Of a DNA stretch of 64,000 nucleotides, positions 41,027-56,480 are shown one piece after another. Each line of letters opens with the position of its first letter. Position 1 is the first letter of the stretch. The notes under the pieces were generated by a model. That model saw only the letters and a program-made list of their open reading frames with translations, made no database searches and was not told where the DNA came from. The DNA comes from Octopus vulgaris (lineage: Eukaryota), in NCBI GenBank assembly GCA_951406725.2, contig OX597818.1, positions 63,488,001 to 63,552,000 of the forward strand. Reading direction: 5' to 3'. The translations under genes and the position numbers were made by a program.

Positions 41027-44000
41027 TTATGGGAGTGTGTTTGTGTGTGAGCGTGCGCCTGCGTGTCTGAGTATCAATTAAGGGAAGAGAGCAATGGGAT
41101 AAAGGCAGTGTGACAGAGATGGAAATATAAGTAGGAAAGGATGTTGAAAACAGTGAGAGACAAATAAAGGATATGAATGAGTAAGAAGAGAGAAAGACAG
41201 AAAGCGAGAGGGAGAGAGAGGGAGAGGCAGAGGCAGAGATAGAGAGAGAGAGAGGAAAGGAGAAGGGTAGTGTGCCATAGGAAAGGGAAAATCACAAAGA
41301 AGCGTCTATTGATATCGAATGCACTTTAATCTAAGAGAAATGTAGATTAAAGTTTATTTTTATTTGAGGTTATGCAATTAAAATTAAATTAGTTTTCACT
41401 GGTTAGAATTCACTGTAGATAACCTGTCACACCGTAGAATTTTTATAGGCAATGAATCTATAGAGTAATGCTATGTAAAGAAACTATACAACCCTAGCTT
41501 TCATGTTTGTAATGTACTTACATCAAATATCAATCAAAAGCTAAATTGATATCACCACCCCCCTTAAAGTATCGATTTCCATTGGTTTCGGCAGGCATTA
41601 ATGCGTTAAACAAGACCAGGGAAATTCAACTAAAATCGAATTTCATGAGTTTCGAGGCAGCATCGACAAATTTCCTTTTCAGACATTTGAAAATGTCTAC
41701 GTGAGTGGATTGTAAGCTAGACTGACCAATTAAGTTTAAATACGCAATTAATCAGTTAAGTTATTAACTTTCAGGAACTAATCGGATTTCCGATTCCCAA
41801 AGCCAAATCGTTCGAGCATCAAAATCTAATATAGGAATATCAATCATATATGTGTTTAGGGATTGAATGACTGGTACAGATAAATTTCAAATAAAATGTA
41901 ATAAAGTAAGTAATACGAAAATAAAAACGAATTTCAAATTGTGATGATATTTTAGATAGATATAAATATGAGAAAATAAAATATAGTCAGCGGGTCTACG
42001 TCAAATTTTATATTTGCTTAATTTATTAGATTGCGTTTTAAATACATTTATTTTTTTCTAACTCCTGTCTGGGAAGCAACAGAAAGTACTTAGACGGAAA
42101 TTAAATAAAAGATTGAAATTAAATAAAAGAAATTTAGAAATACTTCAGTACCCTTCAACACATAATTATCTATAGCAGACAAAACACGAATGGCTGAGAT
42201 AAGATTAAACCAGGGGAATCTTTGCTTGAAGTGTTCGTCTCAGATTAAGACTTTAAACCATTGTGCATTAGTGTTATTACACTTTCAAAGCGATTTATTG
42301 CATTAAACAAAATATTTCTTGCCATCTTTTTTTTTGTCTCTTAAAGAACTTCCATTATACGAAATACGAGTAAGATCTACTACGAAATTGAACTACAACA
42401 GAGTAAGACTTTGACAAATTTCAGTCGTTTGCAAATCAAGAACGTGGTGGTAGGAGTCAGTGAAAATAATTGCTCTGTTGATTGCAGCCGCAATGAACAC
42501 ACATTTGATTGGTTATACATGGGAGAAAAGTTTATTTCACGAAATATACTACAGACTTGATAGAGATTAATTACAACTTTAATACATAGTAACCGAATTT
42601 ATGTCGTGTTTTATATCGACATAATTGTAGAGGCCGAGATAGACACTACCATACACAGATAGGCAACAGAATTCACTATCATTTACCATTCTCTTACAGT
42701 CACGCTATAATTCTATGTCTTACTTTTTCTCCCTTTCATTCTTTCTTTCTTTCTTTCTTTCTTACCTTCTTTGGTTCTACTATTTCTCTGTCTCTCTCAC
42801 CTCTCTATATCCACACATATATCGCATGTTATTGTGCAAACATACATACATACATACATACACACGAACACACATACGCACACACACTCGCACACACACG
42901 CACATACATATATGCATCGAGATAGATAGGTAGACAGTATAAGAGTGAGAGAGTGAGTGAGTGTGAGAGAAAGAGTGAGAGAGAGTGAGAGAGAGTAAGT
43001 GAGAGAGAGGGGAGATAACGTGTCTAAGAATGAGAGTGTGTTTTGTTTCTCTAAGTGGTGATTTTACTAACATTATGTCTGAAGAAATATCTAGATGTTT
43101 TCCGAAAACAGAGTCAGTTGCTTCACGAATATTTTTCTACAGAGATATATACCGAGTGACTTTTGCTTCCTTCAGACTAAAATGTGCTGGAGACTTTGGA
43201 CACCATCAATATCATGGAATATATTTACGAAATTATATATGAATGAATGACTGTGTCAATAAATATCTCACATAAATAAATTAGCAGTGGTTATCGCTCT
43301 CTATTCATTAAAGGTAACTATTTCATGTAATAGGTAAACATTTACTTACTGCGACGCGGTGAACCGTTCTCTCTACAGGTTTTAGTCGATCAGTTAATTA
43401 ATGGAATTAATATTAATATACGAATTAGCAATTAATGTAATATACAACTGTATAAAATGCTTGAGTTCCACTGGTAATGCATGAATAGGACGAAGGGTTT
43501 TGTACGGTTGTGTATGTGATATTAGCTATTTGATTTACGCACATCAGGTTCGTGCGTTCCTCGAACCGTCTACTTAATTCAAATTTCAGCTGTATCCTGC
43601 ATCGGTGCCCCATTAACGTTATACGACTTCGGGCTTTCAAAGTCTATAAACTTCAGTCATTCGTTACTGGACAATGATTCATTTTTATTTGGAATTTGAG
43701 ACCCAACTTCCTATTGCTGTCCTTTAGCAATCACATTTGCGTGTGGTTTCCTACACGTTATCGACTCAGCCATTCGCTATCAACGACGTCCTTTCGAAAT
43801 TCAGGGCAATAGATCGAGTTCGAAAATGCATTATTCATTTTCCTTATGGAAGAAAATATCCGGGATCAATGTATCGATAGCATATTGCTTTCGATTATCC
43901 TTGTTGGAGCTAATAATAACAAACCAGAATTCGGGAATGCGAGTAATGAAAGTGACTGAATGAGAATACGAACAGATTTTAATCTCAGCTGTCCGTATGG

Positions 44001-44574
44001 ATTAGATGCTGGCGCTGCTGATATACGTGCAGGGGGAGAACGTTTACGGTTTGTAGATATCTGGTCCTGTGTCTTGGGCTACATTTGGGAGAGTTCGACA
44101 TTGGGCAGGATCCTTAGATGCTATCTAAACTACTATGGTACCTGGACGATTCTCAGGATTATGGATTGCATTTGCTCGCTTTTCGTATTCAATCGACAAC
44201 TCTACTCAGAAACTAGAACGAGTGCTGTCATTCGTATAATTAAGGGAGCGTTAGCTCAGACTGTTTGGCAATGATGTTGTTCAATTGTCCATGTTAGACC
44301 CTGCTAAACCTTGTTCTCTTCACCGAGGTTCCGGTTGGGTTGATGGCTCTCGTTGATCGGCCACATACCATATGTTCCCAGTAGATGAACAAGTAAATCC
44401 ATCCCAGAAATTGGTACTGACTGGGACTCTGCTAAACAGGGCACCCGCGGAGGAACCGCATATATACCCACCGTATTTATACCGACGAATGCTGAATGGA
44501 GGAATGCACCGCAATGGTGCATCTCCACAGACTCTACCTTCATGGACAGAATGCAAACATATACATATACCATA

Positions 44575-44882
44575 TACATACACAGAATACCATATCATGT
44601 ATTTGGTATTTTGCCATTCTCCATAGATTCCCTCCATATCATGTAAAGGGGTTTCGACAATTGTGTCTTGCAGTTTTTAAGTATCATGGCATTGAAACCG
44701 TCAGGCTCCGCAGCCGAGTGCATGGAGAGCTTGTCTATGGCTCTTGCTATGTCTTCTGGGTTGAAATCAATGTCGGATAGGGTAGGTTTAGTATGGTCGA
44801 TATCCTTGAAGAATTTTCCTGGGTCATGGATCTTCATGGTTTTAGATGGCTCACTGAAGACACTTTCATACTGTTGAGCCAA
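44575..44882 (-). mobile_element. Inverted internal piece of a CR1/L2-group LINE
   Basis: QQYESVFS...IDFNPEDIARAIDKLSMHSAAEPDGFNAMILKNCKTQLSKPLYMIWRESMENGKIP, the pre-RT region. Confidence 0.85.
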
Positions 44883-45283
44883 CTTTGGTATCAAAACCTA
44901 CCACTCACTGCGCCACGGAAGACGTTGCCAGCTGCCACCAATCAACAAAAAGGCTGGCCAGGCAGCAAAAACCCTGCGAGAATCAAGTCTGTTGGTTCGA
45001 GGAGCACAACTGTTTAACTCCATTCCGGTACATGTCAGAAATCTATCAGGATGCAGTGTGGAATCATTCAAATTGCAACTGGATAGATACTTAAGCACCA
45101 TTAGAGATGAACCCCATCTCCCAGGATATACACAACGAGCACAAACTGACTCAAACTCGCTCCTACACATGTCAAATTTAAGCAGAGAATACAACCTGGC
45201 AACCACACCAGACTCTGAGGGTGGAGTCTTCGACTTGGCCTGAGCATGGACTCAAACCCAAATGAAATGAAATGAAATGAAAT
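44879..45283 (+). mobile_element. CR1/L2-group LINE 3' end with (AAATG)n tail
   Basis: NFGIKTYHSLRHGRRCQLP...RGAQLFNSIPVHVRNLSGCSVESFKLQLDRYLSTIRDEPHLPGY, then a short UTR and tandem tail. Confidence 0.85.
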
Positions 45284-45557
45284 ACTCGTGTGGAGTAGGA
45301 TATTTTATTCCTTGTGTAATATCATTGCTTTCATTTATTTTAATATTGACATTTCGGCCTCGGATTCCGTATTAAAAAGGGTTGAGGTTAATGTTCACTC
45401 TCATGTTCGGAACATTCGTGCAGAACTTAGTCCAGAAAAAAAAAACAAACTGAAAAATACTTTCGCATCTTTTTAGGATTTTTGCGTTTATAAGTACAAT
45501 CTTCAACTTTTACAGATCAAATCCTAACCATTTCCGGACAAGCATATCACCGAAATG

Positions 45558-46123
<566 letters not shown>

Positions 46124-46211
46124 ATGTCTGCTTATGTGTGTGTGAATATTTGCGTTCGTGTATGTGGGAATGTATGTTTGCGTGCGTGGATGTGTGTGTG
46201 CACATATTTGT

Positions 46212-46620
46212 ATTTTACTTGTTCCACTTATTCGACGGTGGCCATGTCGGCCTAACATCTTGAAGAATGTTAGTCGAATCGATCTCTGTACTTATTCTTT
46301 TGTAAACCTCGTACTTAGGCCTGCCACCAGTTTCTTTTGGTAAACTGATAACTTACAGAGACGGAAACATACCGTTTGTCAATTTGTGGAGACAAAGACA
46401 GCCAGAAAGTCCTAACATATAAGAAAATATTCAACTATGCAAGTTTGAAATGTTTAAGATAAATGCCGACAGTTCCGTGCTCGATTCTTTCAGTTTCCGT
46501 CTACCAAATCCACTCACAAGCCTTTGGGCCAGTCCGAGGCTATAGTAGAAGACACTTGTCCAAGGCCCTATGCTACTACGCAGTAGGACTGAACCCGGAA
46601 CCATATGGTTGGTAAGCAAC
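46212..46620 (-). mobile_element. SINE family D
   Basis: Head at 46485-46620 and degenerate tail at 46212-46400 match 26151-26528. Confidence 0.75.
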
Positions 46621-48283
46621 CTACTTTATTTCATGAAAGATTCGCCATTAAGGCGTTACATAGAGGGAACATACAAATACAGACAAACATATAGGGTGTA
46701 GTAGCTTAAAACGTTGGTGATTACAATAAAATATGTATAATATTTACGATATAAGGTTTTAAAAATTTGGTATTATACAGTAGAGCACGGATCCCTGCCA
46801 TCCGGGTAGAACCTTTACTTCTTGATCCGGCCACACTTACCTGGTGCCAGATATACCCAGCTTGCACGCTACAGACTTCCATCTCTTCGCAAACATATCT
46901 CGTAACAGACACCTCTTCTCCAGCCTGATCTTACTACCGAGGTGGTAACTAGCCACTGTTGCACCTATTGAATGAGAAACGATAAGGTTTAATAAAGACC
47001 TAAATAAAATTTCTATTCAAAAACTCGAATATTTAAACAAATATTTTCAGTTATATTATCTAGAGCTTTAACGAATGTGTAATTTTCTTTTAGTGAGCTA
47101 CTGTAAAAAAAAAACCAATGTTATAAATCCTCTGTACCATTTTGTAGCAGATATTTTTTTTCTATTTCTCCAAGAAATTGATCATTAATAAAAGTCATTG
47201 TGAGCGTTATGTGTACGAGATAAGTGACTAGTGAAAAATAAAAATAAATAAATAAATATATAAAACGTATTACAATTTGGCGTTATCTCTGTATTTACAA
47301 AGTTATAATCATATTTACATCATTTCCGCGTCGACAAAATGCTTTACTAATACAAAGATGTTAATCTACCTTTCGCATCACCTCGTCACTTCGTCTGCAG
47401 AAGTGATGCACATTTCAACTTTTTGTCAATGTACACACAGCTTTTATAATTATTTAACTATTTTCCATATTCGCCGCTTGATTTAGCAAAGTTGTTGATG
47501 AGAGAAGCGCGTTCAAAAGAATGATTTAGATCATTGTACAAACAGGACGCTTTCCATCATAAGTTGCATTATATGCGTGTGAGAGAGAAGGAGGGCGAGC
47601 GGGAGAGAGGGTGTATCTCTGGATAAGTAGCTGTGTGCGGAACTGAATGTATGTGAGTGTTTGTGTGCGTTTGGGTACGTGCGTGTGAGAAGGCGTGTAT
47701 GAGTCCCTGTGGTTCTCAAGTAATCGATGTACGTGGCATCGTTCGTTATTTTTCCCTCTACACCTACGTGAATTGTTTTTGAGTATACATTGTCTGGGAG
47801 ACTCTTCTTATAGTAGAGGAAATAGCTAAATTCTTTGGCTGCTATTTCTAAAATTTCGGTGTGTGGTAAAGTAAATTTTTTTGCTGGACCCTAATTATAT
47901 AACGTAATGTTTTAAATATACCGTAAATGGTGTTTTTACATACTGAACACTACTTGGTAAAATTATTAATTAATAATTAATTAATTTTACCCTTATTATT
48001 ATTGACTATATATATATATATATCATCAATCCTTCTTTCCTTTTCTGAGCATCCAATAATACTATATTTGTTCCACGTCCTCGCGTTGTTGTGTTTTCTC
48101 TTTGTGTCTTCATGCTTGGATTAACTTTATATATATATATATATATATATACATATGCGTATACATATACACCTTCTTTCACACTATTATGGATCATCCT
48201 GCTCTGTCCCCTGTTATACACTCCACGCACTGCTACGCAGCTGTAGCTGCCGATGCACCTCCAAAATTCTTTCTCGCTTTCTT

Positions 48284-48329
<46 letters not shown>

Positions 48330-49492
48330 CCAGTTGAGAGGAATTCGTCTAGCAAGTTACTTTGTGACCCTGTTGCTGTCAGTGCCAGGTAAAAGGCAGA
48401 AGAGACGGTTGCTCTTGCTACATAAAAGTCACCCTCTACACTTTGTAAAATGGTTGGTGTCGGGGAAAATTATGCCAAAACAGAGTTTCGAAACCGGTGT
48501 ACCTTTGCGGTTTGCCTGCTACAGCTAAAGTGCTACTGTTGCTGCTGCTGCTGCTGCTGATGATGATGATGATGTATGAGAAAGAGATAAAGATGGAAAA
48601 ATGCAGTGATTAATTTTATAATAATTTATCTTTATATGAGCCAGTATGTATTGATACTATCATAATTATAAAATGTTGACATTGTTTTTAATCACAATGG
48701 AAAATTTCTGATATGAGTGTCCATTTTGTGTTACATGAATTGAAACATGCTTAAAGAACTTCTGGATGCTCCTCCAGGTAACATGGATTCCTAATCAATC
48801 TCCATTATATAGGTGTTCATTTTGAAATACGAATTCTTCTAAATAAAATCGTTAGATATACGACATGTCAAAAATATTAGACGTATTGCTTCGGTTTCAA
48901 ATGTTAAACGGTGTAAATCTGCCTTTTATTCTCCCCGATCAATAAGATATATACCAATGAACTAATCTGGCTCAATATAACTGTCTCTTCATCCTCACAA
49001 TCATTGATATTTTATAGATTCTTTAGAGATCATTCTAGTAAAACCGTTTAGAATATTCCAAATTTCTCACAAAATAGGATCTATATATCAAAAAATTGAT
49101 ATATAAGATTATCGATTATGTATTTTAAATTACATTAAAATATATTTTCTAACCATTTCTTGTCGGTGAATATGCACGAGTGAGATTATATATGCAGCAG
49201 TTTCAAAATGCAAGCTTAAATCATTGCACTGTTATCAATAGCACGTATAATATAATTTATATTCTTCCTATCAATATCACCATAACGGATAACCGTTTGA
49301 TTGAATTAATCAAGAACGCCATGTGACTGATAGCTTGGCATGCAGCTAGCGGATACGTTCTTTGTTCGTAACGAAATATTCATTCGGTGACGCTCTTACG
49401 GTAAGTGTGCCAAAAGATTTTACACTGCATTCGTTTTCGTATTTAGATGGGAAAGTTTTAGCATAAATATATATATACATGCATATATATAC

Positions 49493-49611
<119 letters not shown>

Positions 49612-49752
49612 ATCCAAACAAGAAAGCATATACATAAATATATATATGTATATATATGTGTATGTGTGTAGATGTGCGTCTGTGTTTGTGCATGAGTATG
49701 CTTTTGTGTAAAGATAAACAGCTAAATGAAAGCTACTATACACACACATATA

Positions 49753-49835
<83 letters not shown>

Positions 49836-52800
49836 GTATGTATATATATGTATATATATATATGTATATATATGTATATATATATATGTATAGATACATA
49901 TATATGTATATTTATATATATGCATATATATATGTATACATGTATGTATAAATGTGTGTGTGTTGATGTGCGTCTGTGTGTGTATGTGTATGTGTTTCTG
50001 TAAAGATGGACAGCTAAATGAAATCTGTTATACACACACGTATATTTATACGTATGTATATATACATATATATGCACACACATATGGTGTCCAGTGTGTG
50101 TATATTTATACTCGTGTGTAATGAGAAGAGGGGAAAGGCGGCAATGAAGGCAAATGCATAGAAAGAGTCTGATGTAATCAATATCCCTGAAGTGGTTCCT
50201 TTATGGCACATTGGTTAAGGACGTCTTTAAAATATATTGCATTTAACTAGCTTCGTTTCAACAACTGATCCTCTCTTATGTCTCTCGTATAACTATGTGT
50301 ATAATATAATACTTTCGGAACGAATTGCATATTCGCATTAAATGTTCTCATACAAAATCGACCAAATAAAAGACAATTCCTCTATGAGCTTGTTTGTAGT
50401 TATGTAGGCGAAGAGAAAAGAATACAGAGAATGTGTTTGAAATGGAAACCTCTTCTTAGAAGTTTATCATTAAATGCTATTACATTGGTAGTTTTATTCT
50501 GATTAATAAGATCATAATGATATACTTGAATCAGCATGACTGGAATCTCTTTGCCACAGGCACGATTCTTTTCATAGCGAGCAGTTTATATTTCTATTTA
50601 TATGTACAAATCATTCCTTTATCGAAAATATTGTCTTCGTAAGTTTCTTTCAACATGTCATTACATTAAGACATTAATCTAAAGTGATTTAATTGAAGCA
50701 ATATACATAATAGTAGTCGTTTCTTTTCATCATTCATCTACCTTTTCAGAATCGCTCTGTTTTCCAGTGACACAGCTGATAAAATATCGATTTATTTCAC
50801 AAGATGCAAGTTCACTGAAGCAAATGTGTGTAGTATTGAATAGGGAGATTTCCCGCATTGGGGTTTTGACAGAGTATAAGATGTCACGAAACCGTATATA
50901 TTATGTTATCAATTTTACGCACCCTCTAGGATTTCAAGCAGTGCACAACTCTGAAAAATATTAGATGGTGAGGCATTTGAAGATATACGTTGTAGAACAA
51001 TGTGAAAAATCAAAATAATTTTACTAATTGCGTTAAACCTAATTTTAATTTTTGGGAGAAATATTTTAAACCATCAATCGTCAGTATATTATGTCTCAAC
51101 CTCATTATAAGGAACGAAAACTGAGTGGTATACCTTACACAATATCTAATTCTACACTCTTAAACTTTTCGACTCAAGAATGAGTTTTCGTTCGAGAGAA
51201 AAGAAATTCCTACAAGGTATTGAGTAGTTTTCAAAACTAAGATGAGAAAAACGTTTGAATACGATTGAGAATAAGAAATATCATTGTACACATTTGTGTA
51301 CGTTTGTATACGTGCATACGGAAAAATTATCATACTTTAAGAAAACAACGTGTAGGAAATGAGTATGTGTTTGTGTTTTTCAAGAAAGTAGCAGCAACAT
51401 CAGATAATTTGAAAATAATCAAAATCGCTGCTATCCCTCCATCATAAACGATGAGTCGAAAAACTGACATCAAGACTTTCAGTGGTTAACATCAACTTTG
51501 TAAATGATATATATAATTTTCTCTGTGCAAATTTATATTTTATCGTTTAGTATGAAGCTTCATAATTACAGGGAATATAAGATCAAAGAAAGTGGAATAT
51601 TGCTTTTCTAAATTACCGGAGTGTTTTAATTGAAAACTTAGAAGATGTTATTTTTTTTAGAAACTCAACGTCGCTACGAATGGTGCAGAGCTAAAGAAGA
51701 GTATTTAAAATCACTGATTATAATCATATTGGCAAGCGTCACTCAATTTTGAACTTATTCACCATTTTTATCTGTCAATGACATATCTAATTGCAAACCA
51801 GATTAAACTATTCCAGACGAGTCACACATTTAATGAGGTTTTAAGGTGGTTCTGTAGAGTGTGGGTTGCACTTTAGCCTTATGTTTCCAGTTTCAATCTT
51901 AATACGTAATTGATTGCTTTTTAACCAACAACAATTGTCTTTATTAGAAATTAGATAAAATCCCCGTTGTCTCCTTGATGCAAATACCTATAGATAAGTC
52001 TATATTTGTGTACATACACATATTGTGCACGTATATATGTGTACATATGTAGTGCACATTGCTTATGTGCATCTGCATGATTTTACTTCTAAGTGTACAT
52101 ACATATGTACCCATAACTGCTCGTATGTATATGCATTTATTCATAATCTGAATTCAAGAAGGTATTAAATATTTTCAGAAATCCATCAACAGCTTTTAAA
52201 CATGGTTTCCTATTTACTTGCAGCTTTTCTTGTTTTGTGAAGTGCATTTTCTATAAGCTGTCGCGTGGGCTGCTAGATACAAGCAGTCATTCTAAACTTA
52301 CATATGTAAATCAAAAGATAGAGTTTAGACACACATTTTAATCATACTGCAGTTAAATTAATAAGTTCTTTTCTGCCTCTCTTACGTTTCGCCATTTGTT
52401 AGTTTACATACTTTCTCTTTAAAGTGCATTATGATGTTATAAACAATGGCCTCTTCTGGGAATATTTAACTGCTATTTTTTCCCGTTTCTCTCGAATATA
52501 TATCTGTCAATAGTAAAGATCTACACTTAGAGCTGTAATATTTATAACGTTTATTGTTACAGTCGGTCATTTAAATATGTATGGTTTACCCATATCCGTT
52601 AAACACTACACACAGTGGGTCATGTAGTATATGTTCTACATCTCTGCTGTCCTACTGGAGGAATAGTGACAGCTGACACTATGCTTGAATGGGCAGCCTG
52701 TAGATAAGACACAATCCTGTATTTGTGGCCTTGTGCCGGCGGTGTTACGACGCTAATGTTATTGTTGCCATTATCGCTGCTCTTTGTGTTGTACCTACTG

Positions 52801-53141
52801 CATGTATAGCTGATTCCGTTGCTACTTAAGCAATCGCTGCAGTCGCAAGTGTCGCTTAAACCCTCAGCATCATACACTATATCTTCGGTGTTGCAACGAT
52901 CTCCAATAGGCATTTGTTCTTAACCTTGAACCAACATCTCGCCTGTGCACGTAGTTTAGAGATAATATTGATGCGATACCTGTCCAGCCATATATGTATG
53001 CATATATATATTATCTTCAAATATATATATATATGTATGTATGTATGCATGTATGTATATATATATATTATTTTCAAATATATATGCATATGTAAATATA
53101 TATATATGTATGTATGTATGCATTTATGTATACATATATAT

Positions 53142-53718
53142 GTCAGGTCACTCTCGAGTGCTACTGGTAACATGTAACCCAGTACAACCTGTTGCATGGT
53201 CGGGTCGTCGGCGACTAAACCGGCAACCCCACCAAACTTGCTTTGTGAGGAGAGTGTTTATTGGACATCCTGCGGGATGAAAAAGAAAACCCGCCAAAGG
53301 GCGGAGGAACTCTTGAGAGTCAACGGCCATCCAATAAATGTGTATTTATTTATTTTCTCTTAAGGCTTGAGGCTGCATCATGCGCGGGGACATAGAAATA
53401 ATCAGACTGAATACTCGATCGCGCAGTTAAACCATTGTGAGTGAAGGACTCCTAGCCTTTGTTAGGGCATCCTTCTAGGAGAAAGTAACTCAGGTAACTG
53501 GGATAACTCCGAAATAAAACCTGCGGCTCAGTGGTTACCGATGATGTTGACTTGTTCTTCTTTTCGGATTATGACTGCTGTTGCTTATTGAGTGGGATTG
53601 ACTCAGTGCACAGCCTCTCCTCACTTTAAAAACAGTCTTCTTGCACAGGCATTGCACGATAACAACATTGATTAAGCTTCGCGCAATGGCCATACTCGAT
53701 AACGAGGGGGCAGCCATC

Positions 53719-53720
<2 letters not shown>
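53142..53720. mobile_element. Structured, GC-richer non-coding element between (TA)n tracts, possibly RTE-derived
   Basis: Contains TTAGGGCATCCTTCTAGGAGAAAGTAACTC, resembling a motif I recall from RTE 5' UTRs. Several strong hairpins. Confidence 0.45.
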
Positions 53721-53802
<82 letters not shown>

Positions 53803-55068
53803 CATATATACATATACATACACACACACCACATATATATATATATATGAGTAAACAAATAGGGAGAATACACACACAGACACACATACAGACATACGCA
53901 CATGGAATTGATCCGGGGTTATAGTAGGTGGAACTTCCTCACGGTACAACGCAGAGGGTTTCCATGTGGAGCCACGTTGTTACAATTTGAGCTTTTTCTA
54001 GTGTATTGCACCATTATATATGCGGTATGTCGCTCTTATCAATTCTTCTAATACGAAAAAAATATATCCCTGAAATAATAATTTATACTTGGGTTGTTTT
54101 CACAAGGTTGACCAAACCCGTCGCCTACTTCATTGAATTGGCAGTGTAGCTTGATGATAATATGCATGCACATTTTTCATTTTGGGTACGTTGTGAGGTT
54201 TTGTATCCTACGTGATCAAGCTGATAATACATTCTGGGAACATCTTTCGCGAAACTTAAAAGATTTTATTATTTGCCTGTGAACTTGGCTCTTTTGTATA
54301 TTACGGTGTGAGATTATGTTATCGAATAGATGTGATCTTAAAGTTAAAGATTTTTTCAGTCGATTCTAGATCTCTGCTTCCAAGTTGGTTTTCAAGAAGC
54401 AGTATTTATATCAAATCATTGTTGAAATGCAAATTGATACCAAATACGTTCCGAGTGTTAACATCGATGACTCTAGATACCGTCTGGCACCAACAGTATT
54501 TACCACATTTGGGTATGTGTAAATATCAGGCGAACTTAAAGATTGATAACAGATAGTTTTGTTATACTGTTGTACATTATTTGCTGGTTTGATATTGTGT
54601 AGCACAAGCGATTATATGTCACAGACAAGCAATTGGTTTGGCTTCTTGATGAATCGAAAGCACAGTGCGGATAACATGAAAGACAACAAAATATCAATAT
54701 CCACCGTTGAAATTTGTGTGAAATTTCTGACTCGCCTGGAGTGTTATTTTCAGTGACTTTAAGAATCGGAGTCAGGAAAGGACGTGTCCCAGAACGTTAT
54801 TGAGAAGTATAATAAAACATTAAATCACATAGCCATTCCATACGACGGTAATAGCTCAGGAGGATCGCATAAGTCATCTGTACACAGATGTTAACGGTTT
54901 TGAGGGAGTTATTGCAAATTACGTCAGGAAGAGATTCGTTTAGAAAAGCAAACGATTCATGTTCGCAGTGTACGTATAGTATGTCATTATTTCAATAGAC
55001 GAATGTCCCATGTAGTAAAACATTGGCTTAAGACAATCTTTTACTGATTGCTTCGAATTATATTGAGA

Positions 55069-55446
55069 CTAGCAGTATCGCCCGGCGTTGCTCGGGTTGG
55101 TTTCGACTCTTTAGAATTGGAATTTTTCAAAAATAGAAATTCTGTTATTCTCTTTAAGTGAAAACTTTTCTGGTTGAAATACACCGACAAATGGCGACAA
55201 AGCAGTCAAAAAATCGTAAAAAATAGGGATTTTCATAGAAAAGAGTACCTTTATGATGTAAATAATTTTTGTTTTTAACATGGTTTGATTTGAATGTTTT
55301 CTTCTACGGAAGAAAGTGCAAGCCTTCTTCTATCATACTCTCAATTTTGGTCAACTTGCTCAGCAGGGTCTCGAAGGAGATAGTGTTAGTTGAAGGCTAC
55401 AAAAAACTGCCATACACAGACAACTTCAGCTTTATATAGAGAGAGA
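55069..55446 (-). mobile_element. Non-autonomous Helitron-type element
   Basis: Minus strand starts a/TCTCTCTCTATATAAAG and ends CCCGAGCAACGCCGGG (hairpin) CGATACTGCTAG/t. Confidence 0.82.
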
Positions 55447-56480
55447 TGTAACGAATAGTAGCGTAGAATTTTATGCAATGTTCTAAATAAACTTACGCAA
55501 CATTCTCATATTATTGGTTTCATTCACTGAATTACAAAACATAACAATTTGTCTATAATGCCATAATGGTATCTAGAAATTATTTCACTGCGCAGATTAT
55601 ATTTAGAATAAACTAACTTTTCTCTCAGACTCGCTGAGAAATGATACAAATATGCACATATATGTATATGTATATGCATATACGTGTGTATGTTCTCATG
55701 ATGAATGGTAGAACTGTGAAACTAATGATGCAAAATTATTATTGAGACATTTCTTACCTGAAATCTGAAAACATCTCAGTGTTTGCAACAGGATTTAAGC
55801 TCACAAAGAGAGAAACTATGGAATAAACTAATCGTTAGGTAACAGTATTGAAATTACAAAGAATTAATTTCTAACAACAATAGTTTAGAGAATATATATA
55901 CACATTGATGCATATATACGTTAAATTATATGTATATACCTCGTTCAGAGATATATTATTGCTTATATATATATAAATATGAGTATTTATGAATAACTAT
56001 ATACGCGTGTGGATCTTGTAAGTTCATCAATTAGTTTATCTGCTTATGCTTATTTAAGATTTAATTCAAATAAAAATATTCTTTATTGTTATTATAAATT
56101 ATCTCATAGTGTCTACATGAAATTAAATGACTGATCGGAAAAATTAACACGGAATGTTTTAGTAATTAAGTGCAATAGCAATTAAAATTATATTCATTCC
56201 CAAACTTATTAGGTTTCTCAGAAAATTCCTGTTTCGCTTTAATCAGAGATGTATGGAAACTAAATGTTTTAATTTATATGGAATTTGGAGAATTCCTTTC
56301 TAGCCTCGACATAGAATATAATAGTAATGATCCTGAAATCAGAAAATTTACATTCAAAACGAAACTTTTGCAAACATAAATCTGTAAAGATAGTTGTAGG
56401 ATTGAAACCATAGACATTATGTAGCTTGAGGTATAACGAGTTACATGGGATAAATTATATTATATGGCATTATTACCTTT

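Noticed and set aside
43074-43120. CUGAAGA...GAAAAC..GUC hammerhead-like string
   Set aside because: Helix I cannot form.
43960-44274. 104-aa plus-strand ORF
   Set aside because: No recognisable motif or splice support.
49655-50060. Diverged 90-bp direct repeat around (TA)n
   Set aside because: Low-complexity local duplication with no LTR hallmarks.
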